From IMG/VR virus record IMGVR_UViG_3300027804_000001, positions 160,001 to 224,000 of that record: a stretch of 64,000 nucleotides of DNA, one strand, 5' to 3'. This document shows, piece after piece, positions 10,229-18,878 of this stretch (its first letter is position 1; each line of letters starts with the position of its first letter). A program made the position numbers and the translations under genes. The notes beneath the pieces are model-generated. The model saw nothing but the letters and a program-made list of their open reading frames with translations. It was not told where the DNA came from and did no database searches. This DNA is from a virus (lineage: Duplodnaviria; Caudoviricetes).

Positions 10229-11221
10229 ATGAAAATTTTAATAACAGGTGTAGCGGGTCTACTTGGATCGAGATTGGCTGATTATATAATAGAAAATCAT
10301 CCTGATATGTACGTTGTTGGTATGGATGATTTGAGTGGTGGTTATAGAGAAAATGTACATCCAAAGGTTGAGTTTTGGCAAATGAATTTGGTTACTCATC
10401 CAATTGAAAATTGTTTTGAAGTACATAAATTTGATTATGTTTATCATTTTGCAGCATACGCCGCTGAAGGTTTATCACCATTTATTAGACAATACAATTA
10501 TGAAAATAATCTTGTTGCAACTGCAAGAATAATTAATCAATGTATTAAGAATGATGTAAAACGTTTAGTGTTTACATCAACGATGGCCGTTTATGGACAC
10601 GGTAATGGTAATATTTTTGATGAATCACAGATACCGTGTCCTGTAGATCCATATGGTATTGCAAAATATGCTTGTGAGATGGATATTAAAGTTGCAGGTG
10701 AACAACATGATTTAGATTGGTGTATTATTCGTCCACACAATGTATATGGAATCAAACAAAACATATGGGACAAATATAGAAATGTTTTAGGTATTTGGAT
10801 GTATCAATATATGAATAATGAACCTATGACAATCTTTGGTGATGGTGAACAAAAAAGGGCATTTAGTTTTATTGATGATTGTTTAGAACCACTATGGAAA
10901 GCATCTCAACAAGAAAATTGTTCAAAAGAAATTATAAATCTAGGAGGTACTAAACATTACACAATTAATGAAGCAAATAATATTTTAAGAGAGGTTATTA
11001 AAGATGGTCAAACCGTTTATAAAGAACAAAGACACGAAGTAAAAATTGCTGTTCCTACTTGGCAAAAATCAGTTGAGTTATTGGGATATGAGGATAAAAC
11101 ATCCTTATATGATGGATTATCACAAATGTGGGAATGGTCACAGAAACAACCCAACAGAGAAAGATTTATGTGGGATAACTACGAATTAGATAAAGGAATT
11201 TATAGTTTTTGGAAAAAATAA
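10229..11221 (+). CDS. NAD-dependent epimerase/dehydratase
   Basis: GVAGLLG, HFAA, YGIAK (YxxxK), RPHNVYG. Confidence 0.92.
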   Translation: MKILITGVAGLLGSRLADYIIENHPDMYVVGMDDLSGGYRENVHPKVEFWQMNLVTHPIENCFEVHKFDYVYHFAAYAAEGLSPFIRQYNYENNLVATARIINQCIKNDVKRLVFTSTMAVYGHGNGNIFDESQIPCPVDPYGIAKYACEMDIKVAGEQHDLDWCIIRPHNVYGIKQNIWDKYRNVLGIWMYQYMNNEPMTIFGDGEQKRAFSFIDDCLEPLWKASQQENCSKEIINLGGTKHYTINEANNILREVIKDGQTVYKEQRHEVKIAVPTWQKSVELLGYEDKTSLYDGLSQMWEWSQKQPNRERFMWDNYELDKGIYSFWKK

Positions 11222-11224
11222 AAT

Positions 11225-11806
11225 ATGAAAAAGATTGAATTTATAATACCAACTTATAATAGACCTGATAAATTAATGGTTATATTAATGTCAATAAAAG
11301 TACAGACAGTTAATAAATGGAAAGTACATGTTGTTGCAGATGCACCATATGAAGGGTATGAAGAAGTGAAATCGTATTTTAAAAATGATGATAGATTTAG
11401 ATTTTCCGAATTAAATGGTCCACATAAAGATTGGGGTCACACTGCAAGAAACTATGGTTTAGAAAATTTAGAAGAAGAGTGGGTTGTAATGTCTGGTGAT
11501 GATAATTATTATGTTCCTGTTTTTGTTGAGACATTTTTAGACTCAATTAATTTTAGAAATGATGCCAATTTTGTACATTGTAATTTGATACATAATTGGG
11601 TTAATAGTGATTACATACCTTTAATATCTGTACCAAGAGTTAATCGAATTGACATTGGTAATTTTATGACAAAATCAGAATATGCAAAACAAATAAGATT
11701 AGATGTGACTAAAGGAAACGCTGATGGATTGTTTGTTGAAGAATACATTAATAAATTTAAAGGGAATATTGTACACATAGAAAAGTTTTTATATGTCCAT
11801 AACTAA
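11225..11806 (+). CDS. Glycosyltransferase family 2
   Basis: FIIPTYNRP, ARNYGL, SGDDNY. Confidence 0.85.
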   Translation: MKKIEFIIPTYNRPDKLMVILMSIKVQTVNKWKVHVVADAPYEGYEEVKSYFKNDDRFRFSELNGPHKDWGHTARNYGLENLEEEWVVMSGDDNYYVPVFVETFLDSINFRNDANFVHCNLIHNWVNSDYIPLISVPRVNRIDIGNFMTKSEYAKQIRLDVTKGNADGLFVEEYINKFKGNIVHIEKFLYVHN

Positions 11807-12914
11807 TATAACGTTTGTACTAGCTGTATATAATAAATTAGATTTAACAAAAAATTGTTATGATAGGATTAGAAATATCTACCCCGAAGCACCATTAATT
11901 ATTAGCAGTGGTGGTTCAAACGATGGTACAAAAGAATGGTTGGAAGAAATTTCAAATATAGATGATTATTTATCGATATTTCATGATGACGATAGATTAA
12001 CATTTTCTGATACATATAACACAGGTATTAAATTAGTTGATACGGATAAATTAGTTTTGATTCACAATGATATGGTAATAGGTGAGGGTTTTTTAGAGGC
12101 AATAGAAAGAATTTTAACACCCGATACATTATTATCATACACAACAATTGAACCTCCTATATTCAAAGGACATCAAAGACCCGGTAAGGTTATATTAGAT
12201 TTGGGTTCGGGGTTCCACGACTTCAATTATCAACAATTCAATAACTACGTTCAACAATGGAAAGATAGTGATAATGTATACGATGGTGCCGTTTTCTTTA
12301 TGAGTGGATATAAAGACATGTTCGTTGATGTTGGTGGTTTCGATGGATTTAGTTTTAATCCATGTTTTTGTGAAGATGATGATTTTCTTATTCGTGCGAA
12401 ACTAAAAGGATATAAATTAAAAACTTGTGATTCAGCAATAACCTATCATTTTGTTTCGCAGACATCAAGATTTAGTGATGAGATGAAAAATGATAGACAA
12501 AAAATTGAAATATGTTCAAATAGAAACTTTGTAAGAAAATGGGGTATTCCAATTTATGCATTTAATGAACTTAGATATTGGGAAGATAATGTCTTTACAT
12601 TTAATACATTCTCTATGGGTTTAATTACGAGAAATAAGAATAGACTATTTGAAATTGAACCATTCTTCGATAAAATAGATTTAGGTGAAATTCCTAATGA
12701 TTATATTGACAATGAACAGAAGAATACTCAATATGATTTAAGATCTAAATTTGCTCTCACAGATACGGTAGATGTTGTTATAATAGAAGTAGAACCTTTT
12801 ACAAATGAAGATATAATAAATCTTCAGAAGCTTCGTTTGTCTATTCCCTATTATGAACCTGGTGAATATCATATCGGTAACATGTTAATAGAAATAAAAA
12901 AGGGACTTAATTAA
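11793..12914 (+). CDS. Glycosyltransferase family 2
   Basis: VLAVYNK, SNDGT, IHNDMV, VGGFD, CEDDDF. Confidence 0.88.
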   Translation: MSITNITFVLAVYNKLDLTKNCYDRIRNIYPEAPLIISSGGSNDGTKEWLEEISNIDDYLSIFHDDDRLTFSDTYNTGIKLVDTDKLVLIHNDMVIGEGFLEAIERILTPDTLLSYTTIEPPIFKGHQRPGKVILDLGSGFHDFNYQQFNNYVQQWKDSDNVYDGAVFFMSGYKDMFVDVGGFDGFSFNPCFCEDDDFLIRAKLKGYKLKTCDSAITYHFVSQTSRFSDEMKNDRQKIEICSNRNFVRKWGIPIYAFNELRYWEDNVFTFNTFSMGLITRNKNRLFEIEPFFDKIDLGEIPNDYIDNEQKNTQYDLRSKFALTDTVDVVIIEVEPFTNEDIINLQKLRLSIPYYEPGEYHIGNMLIEIKKGLN

Positions 12915-12923
12915 GTCCCTTTT
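12898..12923. terminator. Bidirectional terminator between convergent operons
   Basis: Perfect 26-bp palindrome AAAAGGGACTTAATTAAGTCCCTTTT at the convergent gene ends. Confidence 0.8.
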
Positions 12924-12926
12924 ATT

Positions 12927-15900
12927 TTATTGTAATTTAGATTTTATTTCGTCTATTTGTTTTTGTTGTTCTTTTATTGCTTCGATTAATACTGCAATCA
13001 TCTTTTCGTATTTAACAGCCATATAACCGTTGTCTCGAGTTGTTACTATTTCAGGTAACACCTTTTGAACTTCTTGTGCAATCACACCGATGTCGTGACC
13101 TGAATTATCATGTATACCTTCCATTGGAATCCAATCAAACTCATAACCACCTATTGACATTATTTTATCTAATGAACCAACAATCGGTTCGATGTTAGTT
13201 TTTAATCTTTCATCAGAACTTGCGAATGCAATGATATCATTTGACGCCCTAATTAAACCGACAGTTGTTGATGTGGTCGCTCCACCCACAATCAATGCAC
13301 CTGTTACAGCGGTTGTTGATGAGTTCAATGTTGTACCACCATTAATAGTTAATCCTCCAAACGTTGGTGTTGCAGTTGTGTGAATATTTTGAGGAGTTGA
13401 TAACGTTACGCCACCTGTGTTAGCACTTACTGATACTTGGTTTGTTGTACCAGATATTGATGTTACACCCGCGTTGGTTAATGTTACTGAACTACCTAAT
13501 GCTACCGCACCTCCACCACTCATACCTGTTCCGGCTGTTACAGTTACAGATGAATTTGTTAATGAAGAATTACCAATGTTAGTTATTGTATTAGACGCTC
13601 CACTAATAGTTTTATTAGTTAATGTTTGAGCTGCACTAATTAAACCAATTTCAATCTCACTACCTAAAGGTCCTGCTATCCATCTGTCAGTTGTGGTATT
13701 CCATAATAACGAACCTGATACTAACGTTGATGCTGTCGCATCTCTTACAACCAAACCTGCGTTTGTTGCACCTGTACCATTAAGTTGTATAATGTTGTCA
13801 GCAATATTAACAGTTGTTGAGTTTACGGTTGTTTGTGTACCTGATACCACCAAGTTACCACCGATAGTTACTGTTGTACCATCATCGGTTATTGTTGAGT
13901 TACCTACTGTTGTTGCAGATGTGAATTTAACTAAAGTATTGTTTGTTCCTGATACTGAAACTGATGTACCTGATGTACCCGCGGTTCCACTACTACCTGA
14001 AGTTCCTGAACTACCAGAAGAACCTGAACTACCTGATGTTCCAGATGAACCACTAGAACCTGAACTACCAGAAGAACCTGAACTACCTGAAGTACCAGAT
14101 GTTCCTGAAGAACCGTTACTTCCTGATGAACCACTTGTTCCTGAACTACCAGAAGAACCTGAACTACCTGACGTTCCTGAACTACCAGAAGAACCTGAAC
14201 TACCTGAGGTACCCGAAGAACCGTTACTTCCTGATGAACCACTTGTTCCTGAACTACCAGAAGAACCTGAACTACCTGATGTTCCAGATGAACCGTTTGA
14301 ACCTGAACTACCTGATGTTCCAGATGAACCGTTTGAACCTGAACTACCTGATGTTCCAGATGAACCGCTAGAACCTGAACTACCTGAGGTACCAGATGAA
14401 CCACTAGAACCTGAACTACCTGAGGTACCACTTGATCCATTTGAACCTGAAGTACCACTTGATCCACTTGAACCCGATGTTCCTGAAGAACCGCTAGAAC
14501 CAGATGTACCACTAGTTCCTGATGAACCATTACTACCACTTGTTCCTGATGAACCCGATGAACCAGATGTTCCTGAAGAACCGGATGTTCCTGAAGAACC
14601 AGAGCTACCTGAGGTACCTGAAGTACCTGAACTACCAGATGTTCCTGAAGAACCCGATGAACCCGAACTACCAGATGAACCACTAGAACCCGATGTACCA
14701 GATGTTCCTGAAGAACCTGAAGTTCCTGAAGAACCTGAAGTTCCTGATGTACCACTACTACCATTTAAACCCGAAGTACCAGATGTACCCGATGAACCAG
14801 ATGGTGTAGATGCAATTATTAATAATATATTTTGATTATTCGAAAAACTTGAAGATCCACCATTACTTAATAACGTAACAGGTAATGTCCAATATGTTGT
14901 GTTATCAACCGGTGTACCAATTCTCCATCTTTGATAGTTAGTGTGACTTGTTTTGTCTTGTATAATAATTGTTGAACCTGATTGTAGAAATCCAACCAAT
15001 GAATCAATATTGTTATTTAAACCATCAATATCACTAACGTTAATTGAGGTTGATCCTGATTGTGTTACGTTATTCCATGAAATAAATCCACTACCTGGGT
15101 CACTACCATTTTGTGCGTTAGTCTTGGCTTGATAATTGAAGAATGAGTTTGATTGTCCTGAAGTACCACTAGAACCTGATGAACCAGAACTTCCTGAACT
15201 TCCTGATGTACCAGAACTACCTGATGTACCTGCGGTGCCACTAGAACCTGAGGTACCAGAAGTTCCACTACTTCCTGACGAACCTGATGTCCCCGAACTT
15301 CCTGAACTTCCTGATGTACCAGAACTACCTGATGTACCTGAAGTACCTGATGTTCCACTTGTACCTGAGGAACCAGACGTTCCTGATGATCCACTTGTAC
15401 CGGCCGTTCCTGATGTACCAGACGAACCAGAACTTCCCGATGAACCCGAAGTACCAGATGTACCGGATGATCCGCTCGAACCTGAAGTTCCTGAACTTCC
15501 CGATGAACCTGATGTACCAGATGTACCACTAGAACCCGATGTACCAGATGAACCACTTGAACCAGATGAACCACTTGAACCTGATGAACCACTTGAACCT
15601 GATGAACCTGATGTACCAGAAGTTCCTGATGAACCTGATGTACCAGAAGTTCCTGATGAACCTGATGTACCCGAACTACCACTTGTACCGGAAGTACCTG
15701 AACTACCTGAAGTACCAGATGTACCAGAAGTGGCGGCACTATATGAAGTACCATTTATTATTAAACTACCTGTAATATCAACAGAACCACTTACTTGTTG
15801 ATTTCCCCTAAAAAGGTTACTACCAGTAATTGCAAATTCAGTTGAATCTTTGCCGTCTAATAAATTCGAATTATCCGCGAATGATGCCGTTACTGCTCTT

Positions 15901-16034
15901 GATGCACTGACCGCGTTCGATGTTGTACCACTAATCGTTGCATTTATGGTTCCTAATACGGTAAGATCCTGTCTTACCTCCATTGAGCCGGATACTGACA
16001 GGGATCCCGTTATAAATGGTTCAAATATTTTCAT
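12927..16034 (-). CDS. Tail-fibre/spike-like protein with Gly-Ser/Thr collagen-like repeats and C-terminal peptidase S74 intramolecular chaperone
   Basis: SSDERLKTNI...IGVIAQEV...YMAVKYEKMIAVLIEAIKEQQ coiled-coil tail; two long G-X-S triplet tracts. Confidence 0.88.
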   Translation of the reverse strand: MKIFEPFITGSLSVSGSMEVRQDLTVLGTINATISGTTSNAVSASRAVTASFADNSNLLDGKDSTEFAITGSNLFRGNQQVSGSVDITGSLIINGTSYSAATSGTSGTSGSSGTSGTSGSSGTSGSSGTSGTSGSSGTSGTSGSSGSSGSSGSSGSSGSSGSSGTSGSSGTSGTSGSSGSSGTSGSSGSSGTSGTSGSSGSSGSSGTSGTAGTSGSSGTSGSSGTSGTSGTSGTSGSSGTSGSSGSSGTSGSSGSSGTSGTSGSSGTAGTSGSSGTSGSSGSSGSSGSSGTSGQSNSFFNYQAKTNAQNGSDPGSGFISWNNVTQSGSTSINVSDIDGLNNNIDSLVGFLQSGSTIIIQDKTSHTNYQRWRIGTPVDNTTYWTLPVTLLSNGGSSSFSNNQNILLIIASTPSGSSGTSGTSGLNGSSGTSGTSGSSGTSGSSGTSGTSGSSGSSGSSGSSGSSGTSGSSGTSGTSGSSGSSGTSGSSGTSGSSGSSGTSGSNGSSGTSGTSGSSGSSGTSGSSGSSGTSGSNGSSGTSGSSGSSGSSGTSGSSGSSGSSGTSGSSGSNGSSGTSGSSGSNGSSGTSGSSGSSGSSGTSGSSGSNGSSGTSGSSGSSGSSGTSGSSGSSGSSGTSGSSGSNGSSGTSGTSGSSGSSGSSGSSGSSGTSGSSGSSGSSGTSGSSGTAGTSGTSVSVSGTNNTLVKFTSATTVGNSTITDDGTTVTIGGNLVVSGTQTTVNSTTVNIADNIIQLNGTGATNAGLVVRDATASTLVSGSLLWNTTTDRWIAGPLGSEIEIGLISAAQTLTNKTISGASNTITNIGNSSLTNSSVTVTAGTGMSGGGAVALGSSVTLTNAGVTSISGTTNQVSVSANTGGVTLSTPQNIHTTATPTFGGLTINGGTTLNSSTTAVTGALIVGGATTSTTVGLIRASNDIIAFASSDERLKTNIEPIVGSLDKIMSIGGYEFDWIPMEGIHDNSGHDIGVIAQEVQKVLPEIVTTRDNGYMAVKYEKMIAVLIEAIKEQQKQIDEIKSKLQ
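13962..14801 (-). repeat. Coding (G-S/T-S)n triplet tract 2, about 280 codons
   Basis: Degenerate 9-nt periodic repeat such as GAACTACCA/GATGTACCT on plus strand. Confidence 0.95.
15156..15731 (-). repeat. Coding (G-S/T-S)n triplet tract 1, about 192 codons
   Basis: Degenerate 9-nt periodic repeat; translation TSGTSGSSG... Confidence 0.95.
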
Positions 16035-16060
16035 CTAGATAAATTATTTTATATCTAATA

Positions 16061-16087
16061 AATACTTGCTATTTGTATTCAAGTATT
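16061..16087. other. Inverted repeat (terminator or operator) upstream of fibre gene
   Basis: AATACTTG-N11-CAAGTATT. Confidence 0.35.
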
Positions 16088-16101
16088 AAATATTTGAAAC
16101 T

Positions 16102-18219
16102 TTAGAATAAATTTTCTATTTCATCTATAACTTGTTCGGGTGTAATCTCTTTTGAACATTCAAATTGTCTATCAGTATTCTCATGAATTGGACACCAATT
16201 CCAATTACCGGGATCAAATTTATGATTGTGCCAACAACCATTACATACATCTTTATTTATAATTCTTTGAATGTTTTTAAATGGTTCTAAATAAACATCA
16301 GTAAAACCTGATATTAAAACAACAGGAATACCCGAAGACCACGCTAACCAACTCAAACCACTACTAATTCCGATAAAGAATTGGGATTCTTGTAAAACTT
16401 TTAAAATTTCTTTTGTACTACTTGGTGGTTGTTTCTTTACACCTTTAGGATGTTTGTTTCCCATGTATCCATCTTCCTCACTTGAAAGTAGTCTTACTTC
16501 ATATCCTTTTGATTTTATGTAATCGACAACTTTTTGCCATCCTTCAGGATTGTTCCAGTACTTACATTGAGAGGTTGAGTGAATAGCAATACAAACTCTT
16601 TTCTTTTTGTGTCCACCCAATGAAGGTACTTTTGGTAAAATTTCTTTGTAGTCTAACCCCAAAATATCCGATGCGATTTTCTGTAACGGTTCTTTTAGTG
16701 GATTATATGGGTGTTTATCATAGTCAACTTCGTTACCATTATAAAATAAACCTAATCTATATAGACCCAATATACCATTTACAGATGAACCAGGAGTAAC
16801 AAATTCAATATCGGGATATTGTTCTTTTAATAAATCATTGTGAAATGTTGAACAAATAACATTACACTTTTTCTGAATCCTAAATTCTTCAACATAAGGA
16901 ATAAACGCCAAGGTGTCCCCCAACGATTTTGATTCGAAACAAATGTAGAACTTGTTATTTTGTGGGTTAAATTCATGGTAACTATCGTAGTCATTATCTA
17001 CACCCTTAATTCGAATCAACCAATCAACATAGTATTTTGTTGAGGGTTTACACCACTGATTATTACTCAATATAGTTTGATAAACAATCTGATTATTTTT
17101 CTTATTTATAAATTGGATATTATATTTGTATGGAACGGTATCCAATATCTCAACAAATGGACCATCGACAAAGTGAATATTAAATTTTCTATTAGATTCT
17201 TTATTCTTCCAATCTAATATATTCTTTCTTTTAAACTCAGATAACTCCTCTTTTAATAGTTGGGTGAATACCTCAATTCCTTGGTAAAAAACTCTAACGG
17301 TTTCATTTTTAACATAGTCACCCAATAATTCTAAATGATATTCACCCCTTTTTACTGTATAAAAGAATTTTCTATCTCCATAGTTTACTTCACATAGATA
17401 ATCCTTGTCAGCGGGTTTTTCAGAAAACCCCGATACGAAATGAATATATAGTTTATTGTTATGGTCTACAGCCAAATAAGTTTGGAAAATTGCACCGTTT
17501 TTAAGAATACCATTTCTATTCCATGCTGCATATATATTTAATTCATTATCATTAGGAATATACTTACTTACAAAAACACTATTTGTAATTTTTCTTAATG
17601 TTTGATAGAATACTCTTTCTAACTGCCAACCATTTGGTCTGTTCTTAAAATATTCTTCTTTTGAATTAACTTGATTGATGACAGATAATGCAACATCGGT
17701 TTTTATGGAGAATATAAAAGTTGATGAATATGGTGGGTTTTCATTTGTTGAATTTTTTTGGTATTCGTATACAACCGCATCATGACTTCTGACATATTCC
17801 ATAAACGCTTGTCTATATTGTACCTCATCAGGAATATTATCATATTCTAAAAAGTGAATATATTTCTTGTTAAGTTGTTTTGCCAAATTAAAAGCGTTCT
17901 TCATCGTCAACCAAATGGCATAGTCATGGTGAAAGTCTAGTTTATTGAATACTTTATAGTCATTCATTATGGTCCACCTATCACTTACGACACCATATTC
18001 TTCAAAATCTTTTTCTAACAATAAATCATTATTCTTATCGAAAATAAAATAATCTACTTGTTTTTGTATTTCAGGTTTTACGGGATAGTGTCCACACAGA
18101 ATTATTGGAACATTAAATGTTTTTATTCTTTCTAATAAATTAAGTAATGTTCTTTCTTTTTCTTCGGTATCTAACCAACAGTCAACTACAAATATATCTT
18201 CATTAAAACTATAACCCAT
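16102..18219 (-). CDS. Autotransporter O-heptosyltransferase-like (Aah/TibC, GT-B) with long N-terminal extension
   Basis: FESKSLGDTLAFIPYVEEFR, AIHSTSQCKYWNNPEGW, FFIGISSGLSWLAW, VLISGFT, Cys cluster VCNGCW...WCP...FECSKEI. Confidence 0.8.
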   Translation of the reverse strand: MGYSFNEDIFVVDCWLDTEEKERTLLNLLERIKTFNVPIILCGHYPVKPEIQKQVDYFIFDKNNDLLLEKDFEEYGVVSDRWTIMNDYKVFNKLDFHHDYAIWLTMKNAFNLAKQLNKKYIHFLEYDNIPDEVQYRQAFMEYVRSHDAVVYEYQKNSTNENPPYSSTFIFSIKTDVALSVINQVNSKEEYFKNRPNGWQLERVFYQTLRKITNSVFVSKYIPNDNELNIYAAWNRNGILKNGAIFQTYLAVDHNNKLYIHFVSGFSEKPADKDYLCEVNYGDRKFFYTVKRGEYHLELLGDYVKNETVRVFYQGIEVFTQLLKEELSEFKRKNILDWKNKESNRKFNIHFVDGPFVEILDTVPYKYNIQFINKKNNQIVYQTILSNNQWCKPSTKYYVDWLIRIKGVDNDYDSYHEFNPQNNKFYICFESKSLGDTLAFIPYVEEFRIQKKCNVICSTFHNDLLKEQYPDIEFVTPGSSVNGILGLYRLGLFYNGNEVDYDKHPYNPLKEPLQKIASDILGLDYKEILPKVPSLGGHKKKRVCIAIHSTSQCKYWNNPEGWQKVVDYIKSKGYEVRLLSSEEDGYMGNKHPKGVKKQPPSSTKEILKVLQESQFFIGISSGLSWLAWSSGIPVVLISGFTDVYLEPFKNIQRIINKDVCNGCWHNHKFDPGNWNWCPIHENTDRQFECSKEITPEQVIDEIENLF

Positions 18220-18878
18220 TATCTTTTTGTTAATATAATAATTCCATTTAGGAAGTTTATTGATTCAATGTCTACTAAACATCCTGGTTGTGTTTTCATC
18301 GATAAAGATGTTAACCAATCCTCTCTTCTGGCATGTACATTAGGTGCCTCAAAATTCATTAATCCTCTAAAATTAACATCATCAACCAAGGATTTGAATG
18401 TTTCGATGCTTGTAGTTGGTTTTAAATAACCACCTTCGTAATCCTCCCAATACGCAGTACCACAATCTTCAATGATATAAACTCCACCAGGTTTTACGTT
18501 ATTCCACAAATATTGGAAGGAATAAACAACATGTGAATTCATATGTGACCCATCATCCAAAATCATATCAAATGGTCCATATTTTAATTTAATTTCTTTT
18601 AAAAATTCACTATCTGCTTGTGATCCGATTTCAACTGAAACTCTTTCTTCCACATATTGTTTACAATCAGGATTGATGTCGATTCCTATTATTTTGGAAC
18701 GGTAAAAATATTCTTTCCACGATTTTAACGATTTACCATTAAGAACTCCAATTTCTAAAATGTTTAATTCATCATATCTATTAAATGGTAGATATTTTTC
18801 ATACTTAACACAATAATTGTGTATATCGGAACTTTTATCTGTTCCGTGTGATTGTGCAATTTTATTTAGTGTACTCAT
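18219..18878 (-). CDS. Class I SAM methyltransferase (MycE/OleY-like pattern)
   Basis: GTDKSSDIHNY, ILEIGV, ILDDGSH, YIIED; paralog of 9683..10225. Confidence 0.8.
   Translation of the reverse strand: MSTLNKIAQSHGTDKSSDIHNYCVKYEKYLPFNRYDELNILEIGVLNGKSLKSWKEYFYRSKIIGIDINPDCKQYVEERVSVEIGSQADSEFLKEIKLKYGPFDMILDDGSHMNSHVVYSFQYLWNNVKPGGVYIIEDCGTAYWEDYEGGYLKPTTSIETFKSLVDDVNFRGLMNFEAPNVHARREDWLTSLSMKTQPGCLVDIESINFLNGIIILTKR

Noticed and set aside
13962-15731. CRISPR array or satellite DNA
   Set aside because: Degenerate codon-level repeat inside one ORF; no constant repeat with unique spacers and no cas genes.
13192-16038. Long alternative-frame ORFs (13693..14835+, 13931..14764-, 15065..15754-, 15136..15801+ and others) with PE/VP or QV/HL repeats
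   Set aside because: Shadow frames of the 9-nt periodic Gly-Ser/Thr repeat, which lacks stops in several frames; no independent start context or domain.
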